Below the pieces are notes generated by a model. It was not told the DNA's origin, did not search any database, and saw only the letters and a list, made by a program, of their open reading frames with translations. A stretch of 64,000 nt of DNA, taken from NCBI RefSeq assembly GCF_006345805.1, contig NC_043002.1, positions 78,740,001 to 78,804,000 on the forward strand, written 5' to 3'. The position numbers and the translations under genes are program-made. The stretch comes from Octopus sinensis (Eukaryota). This document shows, piece by piece, positions 39,181-51,558 of the stretch (position 1 is the stretch's first letter; each line of letters begins with the position of its first letter).

Positions 39181-40330
39181 TATGAGATAGTACCCAAAGA
39201 AACCAGAAATTTGCAATATTATTTTATTCACTTTGCTTTACATGTTTACATTTTATCACCTTCAAAGTATTCTTCATTTGAAGCAATGAGTTGGTCCAGA
39301 CACGTTTTCTACTGTTTGAAGCAGTCCTGGAACTCTTGTGAAGTGATGCCTTTTAATGCCCCCATCACTTTTTTTCTTCACCTCTTCCACATTTGCAACA
39401 TGCTTTCCTTTAAGGACTTTTTTTAATGTGGGGGAGCAAAAATAAGTCACAGGGAGCAAGATCATGTGAATAGGGAGGATGGGTAAATGGGGCTGTGCTA
39501 TCTTTGGTAAAAAACTGTCTCACACCCAAGGTAGTGTGCACAGGCACCTTGTCATGATGAAACCACCACTCTCCACTTTGCACAGACTGGGGTGTTTTCG
39601 TCTTACTGTGTTTCACAAACACTTTAGAACTACCAAATAAAATGTTTGCTTAGCAGTTTGAACAGGAGGAGCAAATTCTGTGTGGACAATTCCTTTTGCA
39701 TGGATGAAACAAACCAGCATTGCCTTGATATTGGGATTCACTTGACACACTTTGTTGGGGCTTGGTGACATTGAATGCTTCCATTAACTTGATTGTTGCT
39801 TCATTTCCTGATCATAGTTGTAGCAGCAGCTTTTGTCACCATTGATGACTTTCAAAAAGAGTCCGGATTTTCTTCCAACTGTTCTTTCAGTTCACAACAC
39901 GCATTCCATTTGCAATTCTTCACTCAAAATTCATTGGCACAGGATACACCAGTCATATCAACAAGTTCATCAATTGCTCCAGCAATGGTCCTCCAAGATC
40001 AGTTTACGAATTTTCAGGATGTTTTCATTTGTTTGGGAAGTCGACAGTCGCCTTGAATGAAGTTGGTCTTCAAGTGACAAGGGACCACTTGTAAACTTGT
40101 GTTTTGCTCATGGCAACATCCTTATAAGCTGTTTGAAGCATGACAATTATTTCAGTTGCTCTTTTCCCCAGCAGGCAAACAGAATTTCACAGAAGCACAC
40201 TGTTCCATTGTTTCAGCCATCACAGAAATCAATGAACACAGGAGAAGCACTGCAAAACAAAGGCACACCGAATGGTGGTATGACACCCCTCAAGGATGCC
40301 GATTGGCAGACTGATGCCTGAGTGTCTCAT
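39181..40330 (-). mobile_element. Mariner (DD34D-type) element remnant
   Basis: The N-terminus MAETMEQCASVKFC... starts at 40220; WWFHHDKVPVH...HPPYSHDLAPCDLFL follows; many frameshifts. Confidence 0.85.
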
Positions 40331-41233
40331 GAAGTGGCAGAAGCCTAAACTACCATGGGCTTGTCCCACAGAAAAGCACCATTCGAGTGTGATCGTTACC
40401 AGCATTGCCTTACTGGTACTTGTGCTGGGGGTATGTGAAAAACAACATTTGAGCAAGGGCATTGCCAGTGCCACTCGACTGGCTCCAGTGCAGGTGACAC
40501 ATAAAAACACCATTTGAGCATGGCTGTTGCCAGTACCGCCTGACTGGCCCTCGTGCCGGTGGCACGTAAAAGCATCCACTACACTCTCGGAGTGGTTGGT
40601 ATTAGGAAGGGCATCCAGTTGTTAAAACTCTGCTAGATCAGATTGGAGCCTGAAGCAGTCGAACCGTCCAACCCATGCCAGCATGGAAAGCGGATGTTAA
40701 ACGATGATGATGATAATGATTATGATATAGGCATAGCATAGCATAGGCATAGCCATGTGCTTTAGTCCCACTGTGTGTCATTTTGGGTAAGTGTCTTCTA
40801 CTATAGCCTCAGGCAGACCAAAGTCTTGTCAATGGATTTGGTGGAAGGAAACTGAAAGATGCTCATCGTATCCATATAAATTCTTAATTTGAAAAACAGA
40901 TAAATGTTGGGGACAGGAAGTGTATCTTGCTTTAAATAACTTCCTGTCCACCTTATGCAAGCATAGAAAAATGGATGCTAAATACACAGATGAATACACA
41001 CACACACAAACATGTTCAGTATTAACTGTCAGAAAAAAGTACTCAATACCGTGGTAGAAATGAATGATATTGTATTTTGGTTGACTCAGCCTCTTGCTAC
41101 TCTAAGTTTCATTTCACCTGTAACCACACAGAATCTTTAGGCAAGTTGTGGAACATGGACATTAAATGTTGACGATGATGATCACACACACACACACACA
41201 TGCACACATGCCCACACACGCATATGCACACAG

Positions 41234-41285
<52 letters not shown>

Positions 41286-42018
41286 TATATAGATACACAT
41301 AAACACACACAAACACATACACACATATGCACACACACATACACATGCTCATGCACATATATGCATATAGTCATTAAAACCAGCATCAATATAATCATGA
41401 TTCTCTCCTTGGTAGCAACTGTATTTGTTTGTGTGTGAGTATTTGTGTACGAGTGTTTGTGTGTGTAGTGTGTGTTAGTGAAGAGGAGGAGTTACTGTTG
41501 GTGATGAATATTTTGATGAATAGATTTTGATGTTTGGTGGGTGGTAATTGTAGGTGTGGCAGTGGTAAGTGCTGAGAGGTAGAAACAGGGTTATAGAAAG
41601 CAAAATAAGTGTGCATGTGAAGGAGATGAAGAAAATAGAATACATAATAATAATATATATGCTTTCTTTGAGAAAAGAGAAAAATACTATAAAGGAAACA
41701 TTGATTTTTTAAAAAATTAAGAAAAAAAAACAAAAACAAAATAAAGCATATAAATAAATAAATCAATGGAGAATAAATGAAAATACACATAACTGTTAAT
41801 AATTCATTTATTAATTAAGAAATATCAACAACAGCAACAGCAACGAAATTAAAAATAAAAAGAGACAAAATAAATATTAATATTGAAATTCTCTTTTTAG
41901 AGAATTGATAATTAATGTTTTGTTTTTTAATTTAGAATATTAATTAAAGTATTAACTATCATCTTAGCTATAACTATAACTGTCAGGATCTAAATTTTGG
42001 GAAAATAAAGATAATAGC

Positions 42019-42066
<48 letters not shown>

Positions 42067-42489
42067 AGTGACAAGGAGAAGCTTTACTAATCAATCTTAA
42101 CTTCTATTAAAAATGCTATTCATATTAATTTCATGCTTTTTAAAATAATATTTTCTTTTGTGTATATGTTTACTATTTTGAGACATGGCTTTGTGGTTGA
42201 GAAGCTTGTTTCCCAACCATGTGATTTTGGGTTCAGTTCCACTGTATGTCACCTTGGCCCCAGACCAAACAAAGCTTTATGAGTGGATGCGTCAGATGGA
42301 AAGTGGAAGAAGCCTATCGTACATTTACATATATATATATATATATATATAATATTATTAGTGAATTGAAGAAATGGAGTTGAACGAAGATTGAACAGAA
42401 ATCGTTTTATTGCATTAAACTTTTGATTAATCTGCAACAAGATTATTCATCTTTCTATTTCACAAAATATATATATATATATATATATA

Positions 42490-43850
42490 CTAGCAGAGAT
42501 ACCCAGCATTGCTTGGGATTAAAATGACATAGTTTGTAAATATATTGTATATTTATTACAGTTATATTGAAACATGTGATATGGAAAGTGCAGCATTGAT
42601 GACGAAACATTTATGGAGTAAATGATGGGCTAATTCGACTTAGCAACATGTCATGTGTCGATTGGTGGATTCCAGGCCCTAACCTGTCATTGAAAATTGG
42701 GGGCGGAGTGTATGTGATTTTGGAATGCACTGAAAAGCTGTCAGTGGATATACTCTCCTTTGCAGCAGACAGCGCTGCATCTAACATGACCCATTGTATG
42801 ATTGACAGTCGAATAAATGTAGGTTTAATGGAGATATTATATGTAAATGGGTGCACTATGGAAAGGGGCTGCAATAGGGACGTGAACAGTTGAAATGTTG
42901 CAGAAGGCAAAGGGTTGACTTCGGATTGTTGGTGCAGCTGTAGAATAAGAAACATAAACTGAGTCTATGCAGTCACATGAGAATATGTAGTAATGAATTA
43001 CTTGAAAAAATAAGGCATAATGGCTTACTACATGGTTGGTGGGAGTAGTTGGAGAATATGCTTTGATATTGAAGTCCATGCAGGAAACTGCTTTATTTAT
43101 GCAGTCTTCAGATTTGTTGGTATTACTCTGAGATAGTATCCATCTTCATCATTCACAAAGAGCAATGGATACTGGAGTGCATTGTAGGAAGTAGCAATTG
43201 CTACAAAACCTCTTGGTAAACAATATTCTTTGTTTTCCCTTGTAGAACAAATGCAAATAGATTTTTTTTGCTTCCCACACTAGAGCAGCCAACATTTAAT
43301 CACTTATGTGAGAAGCATAACTCTTCCAAATGAAGTTCCACCACAGACAGTGTTTGACTTTGGGATCTATTGATAGGCATTGCAAAGCTGATACAATTAG
43401 GAAATTGCACTCTTCTGAATGAAAAGGAATTTCTGCTCCCAATGGAATGAGAAAAATTCTGGGTGGGAAAATATCCTCTCCTTTCTGAGAGAATGGTGGC
43501 TTCAATATCATGTGGCATCATATTCCTTACCATCAGGCATGTCCATGTCCCGTTGCAGAGTATTAATGGATCCAAACTCCTCAATAACATTACTGGAGTT
43601 CCCACTTTCAGTTCCAGTCTGTGGGGAGGTAGACCTGGAGGCTCCAATGAATTGAGAAATTCTGTTGGATAGCTTACCACTTCTTCTGGATCTAAGATTG
43701 TATCAATTGATTTATAGATGTGAGGATTTCCAGGCCCATACTTCAGCAGCTGTTCATTAATTTTACTTACAGTGCTGTTTTTTGGAGCCAATTGTGGTAA
43801 TTTTTTGACCAATGGATGTAAGGGAAACAATCAATTTCTGAAAGTTACAT
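42490..43850 (-). mobile_element. Helitron 3' remnant (PIF1-like helicase C-terminus plus 3' terminus)
   Basis: LAPKN, YKSID, YPTEFLNSLEPPGLPPHRLELKVGTPVMLLR, LCNGT, AMPINRSQSQTL, CFSH; the minus-strand end is CCCAAGCAATGCTGGG...CTAG followed by T. Confidence 0.85.
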
Positions 43851-44096
43851 CACAAAGAGTTACCTCCCTTCTCCACGTAACCCAGGAATGGGTATTTTCT
43901 GCTCCCAGGGGACCTATTACTTATGTGAAAAATTTTAAGAGTCTAAAACTATCCCTGGAACATAAGTAATGTATGTTCCAAGTTTGGAGAAAATCAATAG
44001 AAAAATATAGCCATTATAATCTTTTACACACATACACACACACACAGACAAAACAGGATCTATATATTATAGATATACGTGCGTGTGTGTGTGTGT

Positions 44097-44650
44097 GTAA
44101 GTGGGAGACCCAAGAAGACATGGGACAAGGTGGTGAAGCATCTTCAAACGTTGGGCCTCACAGAAGCAATGACTAGTGACTGAGACCTTTGGCAATATGC
44201 CATGCTTGAGAAGACCTGTCTAGCCAAGTAAAATCATAGCTGTGGTCAATGTCAGTGTTATGTAACTGGCACTTGTACCAGTGGCACGTAAAAAGCACTT
44301 TTTGAGTTGTGGGTCTCACAGAGGCATTGTGGTGAATGCTGGTGTTGCGTAACTACCACCCTTGCCAGTGGCATGTAAAAAGCACCTTCCATACACTGAG
44401 CCTCATGGAGGCAATGACAAATGATATGCTTGAGAAGAAGACCCATCAAGCCAAGTGAAATCATAGTCATGGCAGATATTGGTGTCATGTAAACTGACAC
44501 CCATGCTGGTGGAATGTAAAAGCACCCATTATACTCTTGGAGTGGTTGGCATTAGGAAAGGCATCCAGCCGTAGAAACCATATCAAATCAGACTAGAGTC
44601 TGGTGCAGCTCCTAAGCTTACCAGCCTTGGTCAAACTGTCCAACTCATGC
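44097..44650 (+). mobile_element. RTE-like LINE ORF end and modular 3' UTR (source of family B)
   Basis: GRPKKTWDKVVK...LQTLGLTEAMTSD*DLWQYAMLEKT (one frameshift), followed by repeated GTGGCA(C/T)GTAAAAAGCAC modules. Confidence 0.7.
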
Positions 44651-44702
44651 CCACAAAGCCTTGTGAGAGGATTTGGTAGATGAAAACTGAAAGAAGCCCA
44701 TC

Positions 44703-44741
<39 letters not shown>

Positions 44742-45588
44742 CATACATGCATGTGTGTGTGTGTGTGTATCATCATCATCATCATTGCCTTTCTTCCATG
44801 TTGGCATGGGTTGGATGGTTTGATAGGAGTTGGCCAAGCAGGAGCCTGCACCAGACTGCTGTGTCTATTTTGGCAGGGTCTTTATAGCTGGATGCCCTTC
44901 CTAACACCAACCACTCTGCAGAGTGGACAGCCAACATTAGAAAGAGAATTAAGGCAGTGAGCTGAGAGAATCATTACCATTCTAAGTAAAATGCTTAGCA
45001 TCATTTTGTCTGTATTTACATTCTGAGTTCAAATTCCACTGAGGTCAGCTTTATCTTTCATCATTTCAGGGTCAATAAAATTAGTACCAGTTGAGCACTG
45101 GGGTCAATGTAATTGAACAGCCCACTCCCCACAAATCTCATACCTATACCAAAAAGGATTATTTATTAAGGGAGAGAGCTGGTAGAATCATTAGCCCATT
45201 GGACAAAATGCTTAGCAGTATTTCATACAATTTTATATTCTGAGTTCAAATTCTGCTGAGGTTAGCTTTACCTTTCATCCTTTTGGGGGATTGGGGTCAA
45301 TGTAATCAACTTACCCTCTCCCTCAAAATTGCTGGCCTTATGCCAAAATTTGAAACCAATATCTATCTGTAACAAGGTAGTGGGGTTGACAGTTCACCAC
45401 AATACACAGCTGCAATATTCTTTTACTTGTTTCAGTCATTAGATTGCAGCCATGCTAGGATACCCCAACCATTCTTTTTAAGCTTGGTACTCATTCTATC
45501 AGTCTCCTCTGCTGAACTACTAAGTTATGGGGATATAAACACACCAACACCAGTTGTCAAGTGATAATGAGGGACAGACAGACAGATA

Positions 45589-45647
<59 letters not shown>

Positions 45648-46104
45648 CACAGAGAGGCTTCTCTCAATTTCTGACTACAAATCCACTGACAAGATTTTGG
45701 TTGGCCTGAGGCTTCAGTAGAAGACCCTTGCCCAAGGTATCATAGAATGAGACTGAATCTGGAACCATGGGTTTGAGAAGCTGATCCCTTGTCACACAGT
45801 CATGTGTATACAATCTTGTTAGTTTGCATGGTTAAATTCAAAAGCTCCCCAAGGAGCTTACTCAAAAAACAATAAACTTCAGGTAGCCACAAAAGATAGG
45901 CAATGTAAGTCAATCAGCTACTTACCAAGCCATAAATCAATCTTTCATTCTAATAGAGAAGGTAACTGAAAGATGACACTTTAGAAATTACTCCTAGCAT
46001 GGTAAATATTTATTTCCTGAGATCTAAACATTCAATATCCACCTCCCTCTCCTTCCTTGACAAGTATTTCCTGTAATAAGACAACTATCCCTGTCCCTTT
46101 ATCA

Positions 46105-47691
46105 CAGTGTTTCTCAACCAGAGTTCTGCAAAAGGTTCCTAGGGTTTCCGTGAGAAAGATTGAGATAAGTTAATGCTAATTTTATGATCGTAATATTATT
46201 ATATATGCACAACATATTGGTTATTGTAATATTGTAATATAGACATCATCCTAGATAACCTATTATTTTACCAAAAAGATAGCAACCATATAGACAGGGT
46301 GCATAAGGTATTTGAGGACATGCCTTTTTTGGGTCATTGCTGCATTTTTTCCTAACTCTGTATAATCTTTGTTTTAAGAAAATAATAATGGCAGACCCTC
46401 AGCTTACCCAAGAAATGAAGAAGCATGCTGTTATTGTGGTTATAAAGGTTTTGCATAGTGATTTAGAAATATCACGATTTTTAAAAGTTGCTAGATCTTT
46501 TGTCTACAAGGTCTGTAAGAAGTTAGAGACTGAAGATGGAAACATATCACCAGTATCAAAGCATAAAAAACATTCTAAATACTCTGAAATCATCAGAACA
46601 TCTGAATTTATCCAGCAAGTCCAACAGACCATTGATTACAATCCCAGAAATCCCATGAGGTCAATTGCAAAAGATCTCCATATGTCAAAAGGAATAGTCA
46701 GAAATGTTATCCACAAAGACATCAGATATAAGTCTTGTGTGATGAGGAAAGCTCAATTTGTTGGAAAAAGCAAAAGAAAATCACTACATCAGATTTAAAA
46801 GGTGCTTAAACAAACTGAAAAATCCAGTAGAAGAAGATTTAATATGGTTTTTCTCAAATGAGAAAAACTTTGACTAAGATCAAAAAGTTAACTGAAGAAA
46901 TGACAGATGGTTATGTGCAGATCCTTCTGAAGTTACAAGTGTTATGCATACACAATTTCCTGCAACTGTCATGGTTTTAGGCGTTGTCAGCAATGAAGGA
47001 CATGTGATGCCTCCCTACTTCTAACCACAAGGCCTTAGAGTTAACTCTATCACCTACATTGAGGTCCTGGAAACAATTGTTAAGCCCTGAATAGACAATG
47101 TGTGTAATGGAAGGCCTTATGTGTTTCAGTAAGACTTTGCACTATCACACATGGCTCTAGTAACACAGGAAAGGATGGCTGAAAATTTTCGTGATGACAT
47201 AACCCCTAACATTTGGCCTCCTAATCCCCCAGATCTCAATCCATTGGACTATTACATGTGGAGCGCTGTAATGAACATGCTCATAACACCAAAGATTCTT
47301 TGAAAGCTGCCATAGTTACAAATGCCCAAAATTAACCAGGACCACTTGATTTGAGCATGCAGATGATTTAGATCTCATATAGAAGCAGTTGTTGAAGCTG
47401 AAGGTGGCTTTATTGAATAACATCATAGAAAAGAAGGGTTATTTTCATCCTCATGGCATTTTTTGATAAATAAAGTTATTATCTGTTATCATATATCTGT
47501 TTTTTTTATAAACATAAATCTGTCCTCAAATATCTTACGCACCCTGTATACATATATGATATTTACCATGTGAATTACAATGAAAAAAATATGAGGGAGA
47601 TATGGTATATAGTTTTTTTTATGCAGGGGTTCCTTGAAACATGCAATTTATTTTAAGGGTTACACAAGGGTAAAATGGTTGAGAAACACTA
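46105..47691. mobile_element. hAT (Charlie-like) MITE hosting the maT insertion
   Basis: TIRs CAGTGTTTCTCAACC / GGTTGAGAAACACTA; 8-bp flanks CTTTATCA vs CTCTATCT (6/8 match). Confidence 0.7.
46295..47546 (+). mobile_element. Full-length (1252 bp) maT/DD37D Tc1-mariner transposon, transposase pseudogenized
   Basis: 26-bp TIRs with 2 mismatches; ATG at 46388; FSNEK (first D lost); FQ*D-37 aa-D (DFALSH...PDLNPLD); stops and frameshifts. Confidence 0.9.
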
Positions 47692-48211
47692 CTCTATCTT
47701 ACTCCAACCTCTCACCTGACACACGGCTACTTCTCTTGATTCCAGTCCCTTTCTCAGCCGAAAGGTCTTTGTCTTACAAGCTACTTGGCAAACCCACAAG
47801 TACTGATACTGCATAAAAAGCACTGGTGCTGGTGTCACATAAAATGCACCCAGTAAACTCTGTAGAGTGTTTGGTGTCAGGACAGGCATCCAGCCATTGA
47901 AACCATGCCACCATGTTAAACAGATATTAAATGAGGGTGGCCATTAATTAAATCAAAAGTGATTGACTGGCAGAGCCCTTAATGTCAGATAAAATATATT
48001 ACAATATTTGTTCCAGCTGTTTAAATCTTGCCAAGGTCAAATTTGACTTTCAACCTTTCAATGTAAATAAAGACAACTATAAACCAAGTGCTGGTGCAGT
48101 GCTCTCTGCTTCTGTCAGTCTGTCTCTCTCTCCCTCTATCTCACTCACGCTCTCTCCCTCTCCTCCCCCTCTCTCCAGCTGTCACATCTTAAATACACAC
48201 ACATGCATATG

Positions 48212-48281
<70 letters not shown>

Positions 48282-48315
48282 TGTATGTATGTATGTATGT
48301 ATGTATGTATATGTG

Positions 48316-48346
<31 letters not shown>

Positions 48347-48428
48347 CTATATATATATATATATATATATATTATGTATGTATGTATGTATGTATGTATG
48401 TATGTATGTATGTATGTATGTATATGTG

Positions 48429-48469
<41 letters not shown>

Positions 48470-48554
48470 ATATGTATGTATATATATATATGTATATATA
48501 TATATACACACACACATACATATATATACATATATATATATATACACGCGCATT

Positions 48555-48704
48555 CAAGCTGAAAGAGTGTTTGCTGAATTGCATGAATTGGAACCTTACC
48601 ACATGGAAGTGATGGATCTACACAGTTCTGCTCTTTGGTAGATACAGCATGAAGTAGAATAATCTGCTCTGGCACAAGAACTCACAGAATTGAATAAAAA
48701 TACT
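48555..48704 (+). pseudogene. CDC27: CDC27/APC3-like TPR-region fragment with two in-frame stops
   Basis: [48 protein letters not shown] is gaplessly colinear with the CDC27 segment QAERIFSE...YSTTLWHLQKDVALSVLSKDLTDMDKNS (recalled from memory); stops at 48639 and 48660. Confidence 0.8.
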
Positions 48705-48709
48705 CTCTC

Positions 48710-48775
<66 letters not shown>

Positions 48776-49224
48776 CAGCTGTCACATCTTAACTGTTTTG
48801 TTAAGTCAAGGCTGGAAGGGCACCTAAAATAATTAACCAAAGCATGGTGCTTGCTACCAAGTTATCCTTGATTCCAACTAAATCAACAAAAAGTTACTGG
48901 CCTGAAATTAACATACACCAAGTCATTAAATCTGACAAAGTACTGGCTTAAATCAGCAAAATCATAAATGCAATTAAAAAATTGCATGCTAGGTGCAGAT
49001 GTGGTTGTATGGTAAAAACTTTGCTTCCCAACCACTTGGTTCCAGATTCAGTCCACTATATGGTACCTTGGGCAAGTGTCTTTCACTACAGCTCTGGGCT
49101 GACCAAAGCCCTGCAAAAGAATTTGGTAGACCGTAAATGGATTTGGTAGTCTGTGAATGGATTTAGAAACTGAAAGCAGCCCATCGCATATGTGTGTGAG
49201 TGCGTGTGCGTGTGTGTGTGTGTG

Positions 49225-49262
<38 letters not shown>

Positions 49263-49409
49263 TGTGTGTGTCCTCTTCCATGTTTTTAAGAGGTCTTGAG
49301 CCAACAGGTTTTGGGATGTGACAATACACCATAGAGCTAAACCCTTTATGGACAGGAAACTTAAGGTAATCCCATAAACCATCCTTCTCCATGTTTAATA
49401 TATATATAT

Positions 49410-49555
49410 ATATTATAGTGCGGTAGACTGGTTTATGGGATTACCCTGGTTTTCTCACTCATAAGGGGTTAGCCTTATAGTGTATCTTCAGATAAACCCC
49501 TTATGAGAAAGAAACTCAGGGTAAACCCATAAACTGGCCTACCCCAGTATAATAT
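49410..49555. repeat. Imperfect inverted repeat (~60-bp arms) with a third partial arm at ~49338-49382
   Basis: ATATTATAGTGCGGTAGACTGGTTTATGGG...ATAAGGGGTT pairs with AACCCCTTATGAG...CCCCAGTATAATAT. Confidence 0.8.
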
Positions 49556-49615
49556 TAACTGCTCTACATCTTAGAGTGTGCTTCTCCTCCAGATTTATGT
49601 ATTTCTACAAATGAT

Positions 49616-49726
<111 letters not shown>

Positions 49727-49739
49727 GACATATTTACAA

Positions 49740-51468
49740 AAAGAAATAGAAAATACACGTGGAATGTAATGGGAAAGTAAGAAGAAAAAAGTGAAAATGC
49801 ACATTGGAAATCAAAAAAGTAAAGGCTTTTTATGAAAAGTAACGATAGATATATACAATTAGATGAACTGAGGTAGGGATAAAAGTAATAAAAGTCATTA
49901 TTGTGAATTGTTAAAGAGATTCAAAGGCATACTGGTTTCATAAAATTTCTGTTCACTGCTTTAAATGCGCGCCAGTTACCAAACGATGTTGGGTCTACTA
50001 GTCCCTGAGTAAAAAGATTATGTGTAAGAGAGGTAAGTAGTTCTGGATTAAGTGCAATTAGGGTAGATATAAATCTGTAATGTGAATGGTGTATGGGACG
50101 TATGGGGGTTAGTGGTATTAATTGAAAGGTTAGTAGTGTTCTGTATTATGTTATATGTTCATATTGAGTTGAGGAAGATATTTATTGATGAAAGTTGATT
50201 CTTTATTCATTCTTTGCTGTACTGAGGTGTTCTGTAAACATTGATAGAAGGGGGAAATTAGGAAATTAGGATTAAAGTTCGTAGCACACTTTTCTATGTG
50301 TTCACTGACCTGTATCTGTCTGTATTGTGGGTGGCAGATTTGTTCTTTGTGGAGAGTGGTTCTTCGACGGAGAGATATTCCTGTTTGGCCAAAATAATGA
50401 TTACCACACCCTAAGCATGTAATGGCATAGATTAGGTTTTCTGAGGCACAGGTGAAATTTGATTTAATCTTCAATATTTCATCTTGTTTAAAGTGGAACT
50501 CTGAACCCTCCAAAAGGTAGGGGCATGGGCCACAGTTAGGTCGACCACATTTTTGAACTTTTGGTTCCGTTGTTAATGGATATAGTTTTGCACTGGTTAA
50601 TATTTTCTTCAATGATTTAGGTTGCATTTTGCTTTTGATAATTTTGTGTGAGCCTAAAATTTTGTTCATTGTTTTATCTCCTGTGAGGATGGGTAGGTTT
50701 TGGATGATAATGTTGAAGGCTTCATTGTTTCTAGAGTTATGTGAGGAGATGTATGGGGATATTTTTAAGTCTGGTGTAGTATTTCGGTTGACTTCTCTTA
50801 ATGTTAGAGTATCTATTTCCTTGGCTTGTTTAATACCATTATTAATAATATTGGGTAATGTCTTTTGATTAGTATTGATCTCAGTTCAAGGATTCTTCGT
50901 TCACGAGTATAGGTGTCTGAAACTATGGTACAGATTCTTTTCACTAGATTATAAGGTATATTCATTTTTATGTGTTTGGGATGGCATGAGTTGAATAATA
51001 GATATTGTTTTGAATCTGTGGGTTTATAGAAGATGTCTGTTTCGATGTAGGTGTTGACTATTCTAATTTGGATGTCAAGAAAAGGGAGTTGTTTACTGCT
51101 GTGCTCCATGGTGAATTGAATGTTGCTATTAATATTGTTAAGCAATATTTTGAAATCAAGGAGTTTGTCCATGCTATCTTTCCAAAGTATAAAGCAATTG
51201 TCCAAATACCGCTTCCAGTTCTCCTTTAAATAGCAATGAAATAAGGTGCCATATTTTTGTAGTGATGGTTGGTATATTTTAAATTCTAGGTAGCCCATTA
51301 CAGGGTTTGCAATCACTGGAGCAGCTCTGGTTAACCATTGCAATTCCACATTTTTGTCGATATTAAACTGTATTGAACATGAAATAGTTATTCAGTTGGA
51401 TAAGTTGGAGTGCTGCAATTATGAATCTGTGGTTGATACATCCTGGGATCTCTTCTGGGTATTTATTT

Positions 51469-51470
<2 letters not shown>
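49740..51470 (-). mobile_element. 5'-truncated Penelope-like element (RT + GIY-YIG endonuclease), inactive
   Basis: RT: TRAAPVIANPVMGYLE, RYLDNCF, LPFLDI, YKPTDSKQYL..SCHP. EN: CGRPNCGPC, NLIYAITCLGCGNHYFGQTG..R...H. Frameshifts present and YxDD reads YLDN. Confidence 0.92.
49926..49980 (-). ncRNA. Relic hammerhead motif in the Penelope 3' region
   Basis: GGTAA-CTGGCGC-(29 nt)-GAAA-C-CA-GTA-TGCC. The 3' half fits; the CUGANGA half has two substitutions. Confidence 0.35.
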
Positions 51471-51504
<34 letters not shown>

Positions 51505-51526
51505 ATAGTGTGCATGTATGTATGTG

Positions 51527-51558
<32 letters not shown>

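Noticed and set aside
47982-48641. 219-aa ORF as a gene
   Set aside because: Mostly SINE and microsatellite; only the last ~28 codons are CDC27-like.
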